A DNA stretch of 64,000 nt from Octopus sinensis. Lineage: Eukaryota. The stretch's first letter is position 1, and each line of letters begins with the position of its first letter. This document shows, in pieces, positions 35,691-50,165 of this stretch. The position numbers and the translations under genes were made by a program. The notes beneath the pieces were generated by a model. It saw nothing but the letters and a program-made list of their open reading frames with translations. It was not told where the DNA came from and did no database searches. The stretch spans positions 17,670,001 through 17,734,000 of the forward strand of contig NC_043008.1 of assembly GCF_006345805.1 (NCBI RefSeq), in the 5' to 3' direction.

Positions 35691-38600
35691 TCGATGCTCT
35701 CGCTCTCAGCCCAATGTAAGCACTGATCAGGCAGGCATATAATAAACAAAAAACGTGTTCCGACAGAGACAATCCGGTTTTTTTTTAAATGTTTCTAGTT
35801 ATCATTTTTTATCATTAGCTTCTTGCTTTTCAAGGTATTCTCTTTGGAAGACAGGATTTCCCAACTATAGATGATGTTGATAGCGATTCCTTGCAACAGC
35901 ATTGAGTTTTTAATGGCATAATGGGTTCGCTTCTGGTTTGTAATGGTCCCCTCATTGTTTGTCTTTTATTAATGCTGATGTCACAATTTTCGTCATCGTT
36001 CTTCAAAGCAGACAAGAAAATAGCCAATAGCATTTCAACTATAACTAACAACTAGTTAAATATATTTACATGTATTGTCTACCCAGGACTACATAATCGA
36101 ATGAGTCGTGACCATTTTAAAGAAGTTATATGTGTGATCTGTGGGAGATACAGGTACTATTTTTAACCAAATGGAGAAACTTCGTAGAGACTACAGAGAG
36201 GATGTGATTTCTTAATGAGTAGGTTTTATTATTTTCAATTAGCAAAATGCACGGAGTTCTCAATGACTTGTGTTGATAATTAGTAAAACAAAATTTCAAG
36301 TGGTGGAATAGATATTATTCACATTATTTACATATCCATATTTGTCAAAGTTAAAGCATATTTGGGTTTATGGATTTACTAATTAGGTTAATACTAGAAT
36401 CATTACGTCTTTCTTAGTTTAAGAGTTGATGGCTGATAATTGATTCGACGCGAGTGCATGATAAACGACAACATTGCTCAAGATGCAACGCACTGAGACT
36501 AAATCCGAAACTTTATTATTTCAAAAATAGCTTCTCCGCTATTCAGGAATGCCTACTTTGTCACAAATGTATACACTCACACACACCCACTATCTCTCTC
36601 TCTCTCTTGCTCTCTCGCTCCCTCTCCACACACACACATGCACACATTCTAAACGTGCCCTAATGTTGTCAAACACCTGTACACAGACATAAATTTTACT
36701 CTTTCGTTCTCTCTTCCAATCCATGTCTTTTCCCTTTCACTCTCTTTATCTCTCCTGCTCACACTTTTCCTGTCTCTCATACACACACTTGTATCTAACC
36801 TTATTCAATAGACGACTCCTTCATATATCAACGTATCGACAACACTTTTTGTTCAACTGTATATTGACTATACCCTCGCTGTTACTATTTTTTGATTTGG
36901 ATAAGAAAATTCTACGTAATCACGTAGTCTACTAGCAATGGAAGAAAAATATCCCTCAAACATCATCGTTTACTCAGTCAAACATGGAAGGATACATTGG
37001 ATAATGTAATCTCAGATACATAAGGAATACAGTGTGCTCATTCAATCAATGGGATTGGAACCCGAACAAGAAGTTTGTGAAACAAACTGTGTAATCACAC
37101 ACACACGTACATACACACACAGAAACAGACACCATGAAAAAATCTACATTGTAAAAATTCTTCAATACAACGCTATGTGATGTCTGCAAATTACCATCCT
37201 CCAGAGCGCTTATAACAATTGTTCTTTTTTACGAGCCACACATAGTATATATTCCGCAGGTTTTAATAGCACGGCGGTATGACGTTCATGCCTTTAGCAT
37301 TGTCTATGAATTAAAATAACTGCGATCAGGTTTAAGAATCATACAGTGAACTTGTTTTTGCTTGGAGCTTAATTTTTGGTCTGCAGAATTCACTATACTT
37401 GATAATATGTAGTAGGAAATATTTGAAGTAGTTGACATAAAGAAAAAAAGAACATACAAAAATAACTTTTATTCTGATAAAATTTATTTCATGACAGAGA
37501 AATGTTTTCGTATGGAAATTATTTTTTGTTGTTGTTGGTATTGATATTTCTTTTACTTTTATCATTTTCACGATACAGATGTAAAGTGCCTTGAAGCAAT
37601 GTATATAAATTCAAATTTCTTTGCAAATCTCAGCCTCACCTCAATATTGATTTACAATTACAGTTCAATATCACAGAGGACGATATGTTAATGAAAAGTA
37701 GGTTGTTGCATGATACAAAATTAATTAGATGACTTTCATGTGTACATAGTTTTTCTTTTGAAGGAAAAAAAAAATCACTGTCGCATAATTTTTCCCAAGA
37801 CTTACACAAAGCTTAAAATAAATAAAATGGTAAATATTTTTTTTTAATAAGAGAAATGAGCGAATTAATAGTTTATCAAGCAAATAAGGAAAAAGAAATC
37901 ATCTCACCTCTAGAGAGATTAATCTGAAAAACATCTGTCCAAATATATAGTATATATTTCCATATAAATGTCTTTCCACAGCCATATTGAAAATTACAGT
38001 AAGTTCAAACTAAATTCTCTTTTAAAGTAGGAAAATAAAAAGGACATTATCAGGAAGTTTCAGGAGGATATAAATTAATATTCAAGAAATTATTTTCTTA
38101 TGGTTGTTCAGCTTATTGGAAGCCAGACACTGAGAGATTTGTTGAGATTTCATTTCCATAGAATACTATATTAGCAGAGCAGTTCTACGTCATGGGAAAT
38201 TGTGGTGATTTCTATAGACATTATATTCACCTGGAAGTGTCAGTTTGTAACTATAAAGGAAATATTATAAGTTAGAGCAACTACAGCGGTTTATACATAA
38301 TATGGAGATTTACAAGGCGAGATCAAACCGTTATTGTTCTTTCATTCATTAATTAGGATAAAGAAATAACGGATGATTTCAGCAAATGAAATATACAATT
38401 ACTGGAAACAATATAAAACCAAAGTGAACTCAAATGTCCAGTGCAGAACAACAGGCAGAAACTTCGAGGCATCAACATGCAATGGTGGATTAGTCATATT
38501 CTTTCTCTATTTACAGATCAGTTTTGTAGCGTTCTATATGGTCATAAGAGAAACAAAGTGCTTCAAAATGTAAAAACATATATTATACACCCGATTCGTG

Positions 38601-39156
38601 TGTAATCGATAAAATGTTATACAAAAGGTGCCAAGAAAGTCGTTGAGAAATTAAAGAATAGCTTAAGCAACAATTATGTGCTAACATCCGTCGTCTATGA
38701 ACAATTCATGTACGATGATTCTGTGAATAAACATAAAGATATAGATAGATAATGCTAAATACATTGCCCGGTCTCTCCTAATTGAACATATATCTACTCA
38801 TACTTCCCCCAAGACACTGAATTTTGACATCACTACAAAATATTCATCGTGAGAAGTTTCGTAATGCATTTATATTTTGATCCCTTGCTGAAGTTCATGA
38901 TAAAAGGAAACATCTAATGAATGTTAAATATGTGAGATCCTACGAACCGCGTTAACACTCTGTATAAGTAACAAAGCAGCATCGGAAGCCAACATTATCT
39001 TTCTAAACACAAACATTTGAAGGTCTTTATGTTGAAGCTGAGAACTTAAAAGTTCGAAATTAACAACAAATATTTCTTCGAAGATATGAATAATCATGAG
39101 GAAAAAATTACAAACTATAACATCCGCGTTTTCAGGATAACACTTGTGATTCTGAG

Positions 39157-39816
39157 TGTCTGCGTACCTAGTTCCCCACTGTGTGTTTATGTGTGTTTGA
39201 ATGCCTGTGTTTGTTTCTGTGTGGGAAATGTTCGTGTTTGTGTGTGGGAGGTGATCGTGGTTGTCTCACTTACGGTACAAGTACCATAACTGACAATTAT
39301 AAACCCACGTTGGTTTGTTTACATTTCTGAAGGAAAAAGAAACCCTTTTCTCCCACCCCTAACCCTAACCCTAACCTGTCTGCGTACCTAGTTCCCCACT
39401 GTGTGTTTATGTGTGTTTGAATGCCTGTGTTTGTTTCTGTGTGGGAAATGTTCGTGTTTGTGTGTGGAGGTGATCGTGGTTGTCTCACTACGGTACAAGT
39501 ACCATAACTGACAATTATAAACCCACGTTGGTTTGTTTACATTCTGAAGGAGGAAAAAGAAACCTTTTCTCCCACCCCTAACCCTAACCCTAACCTGTCT
39601 GCGTACCTAGTTCCCCACTGTGTGTTTATGTGTGTTTGAATGCCTGTGTTTGTTTCTGTGTGGGAAATGTTCGTGTTTGTGTGTGGGAGGTGATCGTGGT
39701 TGTCTCACTTACGGTACAAGTACCATAACTGCCAATTATAAACCCACGTTGGTTTGTTTACATTTCTGAAGAAAAAAGAAACCCTTTTCTCCCACACCTA
39801 ACCCTAACCCTAACCC
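39157..39816 (+). repeat. Three near-identical tandem units of about 220 bp, each ending in (CCCTAA)3
   Basis: Unit starts TGTCTGCGTACC at 39157, 39377 and 39596. Confidence 0.95.
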
Positions 39817-39909
39817 CACATATATATGAAAAAAAAAACTTTACGGAGAGTGACGATCTTCTTCTTCAAATGTAAACAAACACACGTGGCAGTTATGGTA
39901 CTTGAACCG
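39712..39909. mobile_element. MITE-like element with internal telomere-type repeats
   Basis: CGGTACAAGTACCATAACTGCCA...TTTGTTTACATTT is mirrored by AAATGTAAACAAAC...TGGCAGTTATGGTACTTGAACCG. Confidence 0.75.
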
Positions 39910-40184
39910 AAAGATGGCCAATTACTCTTGTTCTGGATGTGACCTTTTATCTGTTCTGCTTAATGTTTCATAACATAGAGATATACAAAATATGTACAAG
40001 TAGCGAAAAAACATCCAGGTCGATGAAGGTGAGGCTTTAAACCCGTGAAATCCTTTCTCCAGCATGGCTGTAGTCCAGTGACCGATGGCAATTACAACAT
40101 TACAAGAATTTGTGCCGGATTTGAATCATTTTTTCTTTTAGAAATCCATCAGCTATCCGGATCACGCTACTAACGCTGCTTATT

Positions 40185-40537
40185 TCTGACGATGAGGGTC
40201 CCAGCTGATACGATCAACGGAACAGCTTGCTCGTGGAATTAACGTGCAAGTGGCTGAGCATTCTACAGACACGTGTACCCTTAACGTAGTTCTCGAGGAG
40301 ATTCAGCGTGACACAGAGTGTGACAAGGCTGGCCCTTTGAAATACAGGTACAACAGAAACAGGAAGAAAGAGTGAGAGAAAGTTGTGGTGAAAGAGTACA
40401 GCAGGGTTCACCACCACCCCCCTGCAGGAGCCTTGTGAAGCTTTTAGGTGTTTTCGCTCAATAAACACTCACAAAGCCCGGTCTGGGAATCGAAACCGCG
40501 ATCCGATGCCCTAACCACTGGGCCATTGCGCCTCCAC
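40185..40537 (-). mobile_element. SINE family C
   Basis: Same head and body; another distinct 3' tail. Confidence 0.88.
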
Positions 40538-41010
40538 ACTACTCTCCAGTACAAGCGGGGGTAGCTGTTTGTTAGTTGCACCGCAGTGTAAATCTTTGTG
40601 AATGATATTTGAGAGAAATACGTCCAAAATTCTGAGTATCATACGAGATTAGATATGGTTTCTATGCCAAATTTGCGACCCAGCTTTTTGCGTTTGAAGC
40701 TAGTTTATTTCCCTTACATCTATAACACCATTAAGAAACAAAGATACTATCTCATAACTCCCCTTTATATATCTAAGTTATTGATACTGTGTCAGAAAGC
40801 AATATTGTTATCTAAAGATTATCAAACTACAGAGAGTCAAGATGAGTTTACGACAAAAGTTTTACTAAGGTGAAGTCGATTTTCTCCATCGATAATATCG
40901 CAGTAAAAGCAGCAAAATATAAATAATAATAAAATTAATAACAATAACAAAAACATCAACACCAATAGTAACAACAATAGTAATAACGAAAAAATAACAA
41001 TAATAATAAT

Positions 41011-41088
41011 AAGAGTAGTAGTTGTTGTACTAGTAGTAGTGGTAGATAAATAAATATAGTAGTAGCGGCAGCAGCCGCAGCAGTGGAG

Positions 41089-41123
<35 letters not shown>

Positions 41124-41314
41124 GGAATTGGTTCTGGCGGTGATAGTAGTAGTAGTATTAGTAGTATTGGTGGTAGGTAAATAAATATGATAAATAAATA
41201 TAGTAGTAGTGGCAGCAGCAGCAGTAGCAGCAGTAGCAGCAGTAGTAGTAATAGTAGTAGTATTAGTAGTAGTAGTAGCAGTCGTAGCAGTAGCATTAGT
41301 AGCAGTAGCAGTAA

Positions 41315-41354
<40 letters not shown>

Positions 41355-41361
41355 TGTCGTG

Positions 41362-41394
<33 letters not shown>

Positions 41395-41478
41395 ATGGTG
41401 GTGATGGTGGTAGTAGTAGTAGTAGTAGTGGCGGTGGTAGTAGTTGTAGTAGTAGTAGTAGTAGTAGTAATAGTAGTA
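41011..41478. repeat. (AGT/GGT/AGC)n compound microsatellite
   Basis: Direct observation. Confidence 0.95.
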
Positions 41479-42245
41479 AGAACAACTGAGCGATATATGT
41501 ACAATAAAATTATACCCTACTACGAGTATATGGCTTTACCCCCCCACCCTCATCCCCACCCCGAAAAATATAATAATAACAACCAATATCACTGTTCTGT
41601 GATATCTCAGGATTATATAGATATCGCTGTAGACAAAGACTTTGACTTGTTTAAACGAAAGTTGAAATACGATACTTTCGCTAAGATACATGATCTGATA
41701 ATGAAGAGAAATAATAATGTTAGAAATCACGGTAAATTGTTGTGAATAACAAGCAGAATAAACTCTTTAGCATCTCCATGAAAATAACGCCGTCCTAATA
41801 TTTGTCCATTGTGCTGTATCTTATTTGCGTTGACTTTATCATCTCTAATTCTGGTATCATTGCTTATTAACAACACATGGTTATATAGAGGCACATAGTC
41901 GTTAGAATTTAATATTATCTTTTTTTCTAAACTCAACAGGTACTTCAGATATATTTATGACAATAACAGATAACCAATTTAGAAATAATATCTACAGTAA
42001 ATTTCCCAGACATAACATTACGCGCATATTAAATATGAAATATAAAACTGCTGCTTATATGTTCGTGTCTGTATGTGTATGAATACATATATACATACAT
42101 ACACATACACATATATGCATGTATATATATATATTATATATATTATATATATATGGATGTATATAAGCATTATATATATATATATATATGGATGTATATA
42201 TGTATTATATATATGCATATATATATGTATGTATATATATGTGTG

Positions 42246-42276
<31 letters not shown>

Positions 42277-42366
42277 AAATATGCATATATATATATGTAT
42301 ATATATATGTATTATATATATTATATATATGCATATATATATACATACGCTTGTATGTATATATAT

Positions 42367-42433
<67 letters not shown>

Positions 42434-43153
42434 ATATATATATAAACATACCTTCAATGACGGTAGAACAGTTTATCATTATATAATAATAATACATTTG
42501 ATCAGTCTCAGATATATTCATTGAAGTTCATTGACTTATTTCTTTTTTCTTTCTCCCCCTCTGCTATTATTATCACCTGGTGGTTTATGGCTACGTGTTA
42601 TATTTATTTCATAAATTCAAAGATAGGAGACGTGACAGAAGCAAACCAGTCCAAGGATTAGCGATTCGAAACACTGCGACCACAGATTTGCCAACAACAA
42701 AGCCTGTCCAGCTTCTATTATTAAACAAATGTCCATATTTCTAGATTTCGTATGATAGTAGATAAAATATTAACCACGTTTTGTGGGCTTTCGCTGACAT
42801 ATAAAACCCTATAGATTTTTATCGTTGTTCTTACAGTTGCTGTTGGTATTATCTATTTACAATCTAGTCTTAGCTGAGCAAATTATGTTCAAAAGTGTTA
42901 CAAATCTGAAATCTTTGTCCTTTCATTTTCCACATACAATGTATCTTGGGATAACGTCATGCACTGTATCGTTCCTTCAATAAAGTAGGTCGATATTTCA
43001 TGAAGATGAAGACTTTATATGTAGCAGGTAAGATAAATACGTGAAATCATATTGGTTTCACACTCTCCACTCACAAGCAGATTTGCTTTATATATATGTG
43101 TGTGTGTGCATGTGTATGTGATATATGTGGTGTGTTGTGGTGTATGTGTGTAA

Positions 43154-43222
43154 CAGTGGATTCAACTGAAGATGATCAATCGGATTCGTGCCTACAGAAG
43201 TGATCCGAAAATTCTGAAACTG
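43154..43222 (+). ncRNA. Candidate minimal hammerhead motif
   Basis: CAGT..TTCA/TGAAACTG stem I with bulges; CTGAAGA (43166-43172); GATCA/TGATC stem II with a mismatched closing pair; GAAA-AT-TC; lies in a short non-repetitive island between microsatellites. Confidence 0.5.
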
Positions 43223-43626
43223 CAGTATTAAATTATCCTCCATTCTTCTAACGGTCTCCGTAGAGGTAAGACAGAACGTTACTATATTCACCGCCCGCAA
43301 ACATTTCTACCTCTAAACATTCAGTCAAGTTCTATATAGCGCCGATAAATTACCGGCTGCTATTTCAAGCAATGATCGTACTTCTTGTACATTAGTTTTG
43401 TGTGTGTGTATATATATACATATATACACTGTTGAGCACAGTGAAAACGAGTGCTCAACAACTCAGTCGTGATATATATTCATTTGGTAACAGAGCTCAA
43501 TAATTGCTTAGAGATTCCTCCTACTTAAAAACATTGGTAGCCTTGGTAACCCACTAATAATGTACATAGAGACATACCTATATATATATAGTCTCTCTCT
43601 CTCTCCCTCTCTCTCTCTGTATATAT

Positions 43627-43663
<37 letters not shown>

Positions 43664-43667
43664 ATAT

Positions 43668-43757
<90 letters not shown>

Positions 43758-44380
43758 CATATACATATACATATACGTATACATATATATGTGTGTATGT
43801 TGGTTTCTATGTATGTATGTATGTATGTCTGTATATGCGTATGCATGTATGTGTGTATACAAGAATATATATATATGAGAAATTAAAAAAGGAAAATGCA
43901 TACACTTTACATAGTTTTAATATACTTTAGACCGGTTTTCCTTTCGCTAATCATGACATTATAATTATTTTAATTACGTATGTTCTTATAAAAAAATATG
44001 TTGTCCATGTTGTGAGTAAAGTTTATGAATGAGTGATTCAACAAGTAAAAAAATCTATGGTGATCGTTGTTATTGTGGACAGAGGAGATACTTGTTCATC
44101 TTTCGCTGGGTGGTGGTGGGAATATACATAAAAATTCAAAAGCGAGAGTAGTGGGTAAAAATATGTACAGTGATGGGTAAGTAATCGTGAATTAAAATAT
44201 GTATAGAGATCAAAGATGGTTATGCGTGCATATTTAGATGTGTTCTGCATTTTTCGATGAATAAATTTTCTTTATTCAAACGTTCTTGTATAGAAATTGT
44301 ATCTTTGCACTAGTACAAGGGAAAACACAATTTGGTTTCATGTTCTATATATATATATATGTATATATATATATAATATA

Positions 44381-44431
<51 letters not shown>

Positions 44432-45063
44432 TACACACACATACACACACACATACATACATATATATATATATATATGAAATATAGATTCAGAGAATCT
44501 TGTGGTTATCACAAAAGACTTAGTTGTCGTTCAACGTAGTAATCAGTTATATATTAGAGAAAAATATCTCTAACTGAAAATCCAGATAACCAGAGTGATA
44601 CATTATTCATTAAGGGTTATACAAAACATGAAATCATGAGCTCTTTAAGTTAAAATATGTAATAGTCCAGGGCCCATAACAACAAAACAATATTAAATTA
44701 ACGTTCAATCTAAACATTTGTAAATTTTTGTTGAGGTCAATGAAATTATGTAGGAGCAAAGTACAGGGGACGATACAATTTATGTACCCATAAATTACTG
44801 TTTTTGCGCAAGTTTTAAAAGCAACCATTCATCTTAGTTACTGTGACGTTTTCCCGGAGTTGTTTGAGTGTCAGCAAAAATATTTTTCTATTTTCGTTCC
44901 GGCTCATTAGCTTCTGAGTTTACATACTAGCGTGTCCAATACTTTTTTATGGCCTATCATCCTTCAATGGTCGAAGAAAGAAACTACTAATAATTTATTA
45001 GAAATGATCTTCAAACTTCTGGCCTTGCACAAACGCTAGCAAATATAAATTAGTATCAGGTGG

Positions 45064-46240
<1,177 letters not shown>

Positions 46241-46647
46241 CACACTTGTTGATCGTGAATAAGAGTCCTTTACTTTAACTCACAAATCTTCTTATCTTCT
46301 CCATGTCCTTTATTATTTCTTCCAAACTCTTCGTAAATATATACATTACTGTTTAGTCCTTAAGCCAGATTCTTATCACGTCTATTTCTTTATCATTATT
46401 TCTATGTTTGTATGTATGTATGTATGTGTGTATGTTTGTATGTTTCTGTCTATCGCTCTATCTATCTATATGCAAGCATATTTACACATATACATACATA
46501 TGTACATATATATACTGTTGTGTGGACGCCCCCAGACGATGAAGTAGATATAGAGGTAGAAGTCTAGACGTTGAGGGGTTGAGTAGAGGTCATCCGAACA
46601 TGCGATATAGCATATACAAACATACATACACACACACGTACACACAC

Positions 46648-46681
<34 letters not shown>

Positions 46682-46726
46682 ATATACACTATAAATACAT
46701 TACATACATATATATATATATATATG

Positions 46727-46763
<37 letters not shown>

Positions 46764-46913
46764 ATATTATATATATATAGATACATATATATTCATTCCC
46801 TTTCAGAATTACAACTATTAGTGGTTTGTAGCTTAACTACTCTTTCTAGCGAGTCAGATGTCCTATTATGGCCATCTCTTATGTGTTTAAATGTAGTGCA
46901 TTTTTATATGAAT

Positions 46914-46947
<34 letters not shown>

Positions 46948-47407
46948 TATCTATATTGGTGTTGTGTGTGTGTGTGTGTGTGTATATACACATAAACACA
47001 TTTATACACACACAGACACACATATATATATATATATATATTCATATAAATGTACGTATGTGTATACATGTATTCGTGTGTGTTTACTTGTATATAATTA
47101 TGTTTCTGATGTTTTGAGTGACACAGGCAGAGAATAAGAACCAAGTATTACAAATAGATTCTTTACTCTCCCATTGGTTGATATGTTCCCATTGATTTGG
47201 GAAAGTGAGAAGTCGTGGTAAATTTTCCACAATAATTATTTCTCATCTTAATCTTTCTTTATCTTTCGCAAGTATTAAGGGACTCCGTAACTGTATCTCT
47301 TAGGATATACTTCACGGATATAAAGGAATATTTCTACATTTGTATGTTTTTATGTGTTTTCTTATTTAACTTTCTCCACGTTAAAATTATCTTATGATTG
47401 GAACTTT

Positions 47408-47453
47408 ACGTCTCAAGATGGCTGCCGTCTGGTGACTGGAAACACGTCAGCGT
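47408..47453 (+). other. Degenerate hammerhead motif
   Basis: ACGT CTCAAGA TGGCTGCC-GTCT-GGTGACTG GAAA CACG TC AGCGT; G5 is mutated. Confidence 0.5.
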
Positions 47454-48258
47454 TGTAAGATATTTAGAAGACAGTTAGATGTCCTAGCATCAATTACAGA
47501 CCGATGACCGTTTAGTAGTTCTGCGACTTCTTTTTTGTTTGCCATCAACGTATTTGACTTTGTTATTTAGAATTTAATATCTGAGTCAAATATATATATA
47601 TTTTTTAAAATTATGTCTTTGGAAAATATGAAATTATCTCCGTCATGGTTGTTTGTCTATGTTACACAGACTGGTATCCACTCGAAAGGAATCAGTTTGT
47701 TCAAATGTTTGAGGAAATCTAAGTTATATATTTATATATAAATTCTGCAAATATAAACGTACTTGAAAATGTAAGAGCATCATTGAATATCACACACACA
47801 AAAAAAAACTAATAATAATCACTTCATACACAGATATATACGTTAGCTATGTATACATACATACATATATTTGTATATATACGTTATGTATGTACACACA
47901 CACACATATAAATATATTATATATATATGTATGCATACATGTGTGTGTGTGTATGTGTGTGTGAAGGCACATGGTCAGAGGTTAAAGTGTCGGGTCCATA
48001 ATCAAGAAGTAGTGAATTCGATTTCCGGATCGGGCAGTGTGTTGTGTACTTGAGTAAGACACTTTATTTCACAATCCTCCAGTTCATTCAGCTGTAGAAC
48101 TGAGTTGCAACGTCACTGTTGCTAAGCTGTATCGGCCTTTGCCTTTCACATCGGTGGCATGGAGTGGGGAGGCTGGCCCAGACTTATGTGTCTGAACGAA
48201 CTTTCTAGGTGCAATCGTATGGTCATTGATGGCCAGAACGGGACCATATATATAATAT

Positions 48259-48290
<32 letters not shown>

Positions 48291-48312
48291 ATATAGATAG
48301 ATAGATAGATAT

Positions 48313-48353
<41 letters not shown>

Positions 48354-48443
48354 GATAGATAGATAAGATAGATAGATATAGATATAGATATATATATATA
48401 GATATAGATAAATAGATAGATAGATAGATAGATAGACAGATAG

Positions 48444-48727
48444 ATTATTATTTCTAAATCTTTCAACTAGAGATATTCAATAACAGTACTCTAGAATAAA
48501 GATTAATGCCAACATAATGTGGCAGTCCTGGTTAGGATGAATGTTACTGTTATTTTGCCCCAGGAAATATCGTCAGCAGCTGTCTATACGACATGTTATT
48601 TGTGTCTTCATATTTTCGAACAAGGTAGTTTTATCCCAACCATGACTCCCACATTGTGTTGGCAAATAAACTTTACTCTAGAGTACTGTTACTGAATGTC
48701 TCTTCTTGAGTGATTTAGGATAATAAT
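48444..48727. mobile_element. MITE with diverged TIRs of about 100 bp
   Basis: AACAGTACTCTAGAATAAAG..TGCCAACATAATGTGG is mirrored by CCACATTGTGTTGGCA..CTTTACTCTAGAGTACTGTT. Confidence 0.8.
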
Positions 48728-49289
48728 TTTTCTATTTATTAGATCAGTAACTGTGTCTCACTTTGAAAATTATATATTTCGAACAAGAGTTTAGTCGAAA
48801 TATTGCACAAATTATAGCAACATATACTATTAAAATAATATCGAAATATCAAAACAGCGATTACAGTCAGAATAGCATAATAAATTCGATGCATGATAAC
48901 GTCAAACAGAATAAAGAAAATCAAATAGAAGGGAACGTTAAGAAAATAAATGTCGCGGAAAGAAAAACAACCCAATTTGACATAATCGTCAACTCGAATA
49001 AAAGTTCAGTTAGAAACAGAACAAAGATTACGTTATCTGAAGGAGTAAATAGTAATAGAGAACTTGGTGAAAAGGAAATTTAATTTTACAATCAACGGCA
49101 TAACTGAAACTAAATCTGATGGAAATATGTTTGTGTGTGTGTCTATGTATGTATGCATGTATATGCCTTCATATTATATATGAATGCATGTATTTACATT
49201 CATATATTTATATATATATATACATACATTATATATATATATATATATATAATATATATATATACATACTTACATATGCACACACATAT

Positions 49290-50165
49290 GCAGAATGTGA
49301 TGGTAAATTGTCGCCACGTCATATCTTTATTTCTCGCAAGCGCATTGTTTGTTTTTGATTGTGTTGAATGCACAGTATATTAGGGACTACTGGGCACCGT
49401 CTATGAGAGAAACAGCACTATTACACAATTCTCTTTGCCAGAATTTTGGAAATGACATGCTATAATGCCGTAAGCTCCAATATGAGCATTTTAGAGTGTT
49501 GAGGTGTCGATCTAAGGTAAGTGCAATCTGAGGATCAAAGGGTGATCAAAGGGGTGCATCTGAGGATCACCAAGGGTGATCAAAATTAAACATTCTGTCA
49601 ACATTATAGTGTCAGTAGGGATCTGGTGACGTTATGCCTCCATACAACTTCCCACATGACCTTAGATTCAACACAAAGAACGGAGGAGGTAGTGCTGCCC
49701 TGAGTCAAAAGGATGACTGCAGGAAGACCCCCATGTCTGGCAACAGGACCCTGCACCATGCCACACAAGCAGGAAAGCCCAGTCATTGCTGTCAGACAAT
49801 TTCTGCGATAACTTCACTCCTAACATCTGGCCACCTAACTCCCCAGACTGCAACCCCTTTCATTGTTATGTGTGGACCACAGTTCAGCGAGAGACCAAAA
49901 AAAAAAAACTCCTTGTATCATCAACGATGAACTAAAGGCAAGAATTATGACAACATTCACTGACTTAAACAATGAGACAGTCTAGAAGGTTCTGAAGTCG
50001 TCTGGAGGCCGTGGTTGAAGCCAATGGCGATTTTATAGAAAAAATTTACTCTTTTATATTTTCAGATATTTTAATGATATTTTGGTAAGTATATCTGTTA
50101 GAATGAAATCTCAGTGTTATTTTCTTTTTTGCGTAATTTACGCGACTATTCACTGCACCTTACAT
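49290..50165 (+). mobile_element. Internally deleted maT (DD37D) transposon
   Basis: GDVMPPYNFPHDLRFN; WQQDPAPCHTSRKAQSLLSDNFCDNFTPNIWPPNSPDCNPFH (37 residues between D and the mutated last D); SRLEAVVEANGDFIE; decayed TIR-like ends. Confidence 0.85.

Noticed and set aside
35489-35719. ORF with poly-D, poly-G and poly-H resembling a metal-binding peptide
   Set aside because: Fully explained by the ATG/GGT/CAT microsatellite; non-ATG start and several frames open.
39357-39816. (CCCTAA)n as a true telomere
   Set aside because: Only three hexamers per unit, internal to a MITE-like element.
48763-49083. 106-aa N/K/I-rich ORF
   Set aside because: A-rich compositional bias, non-ATG start, no motif.
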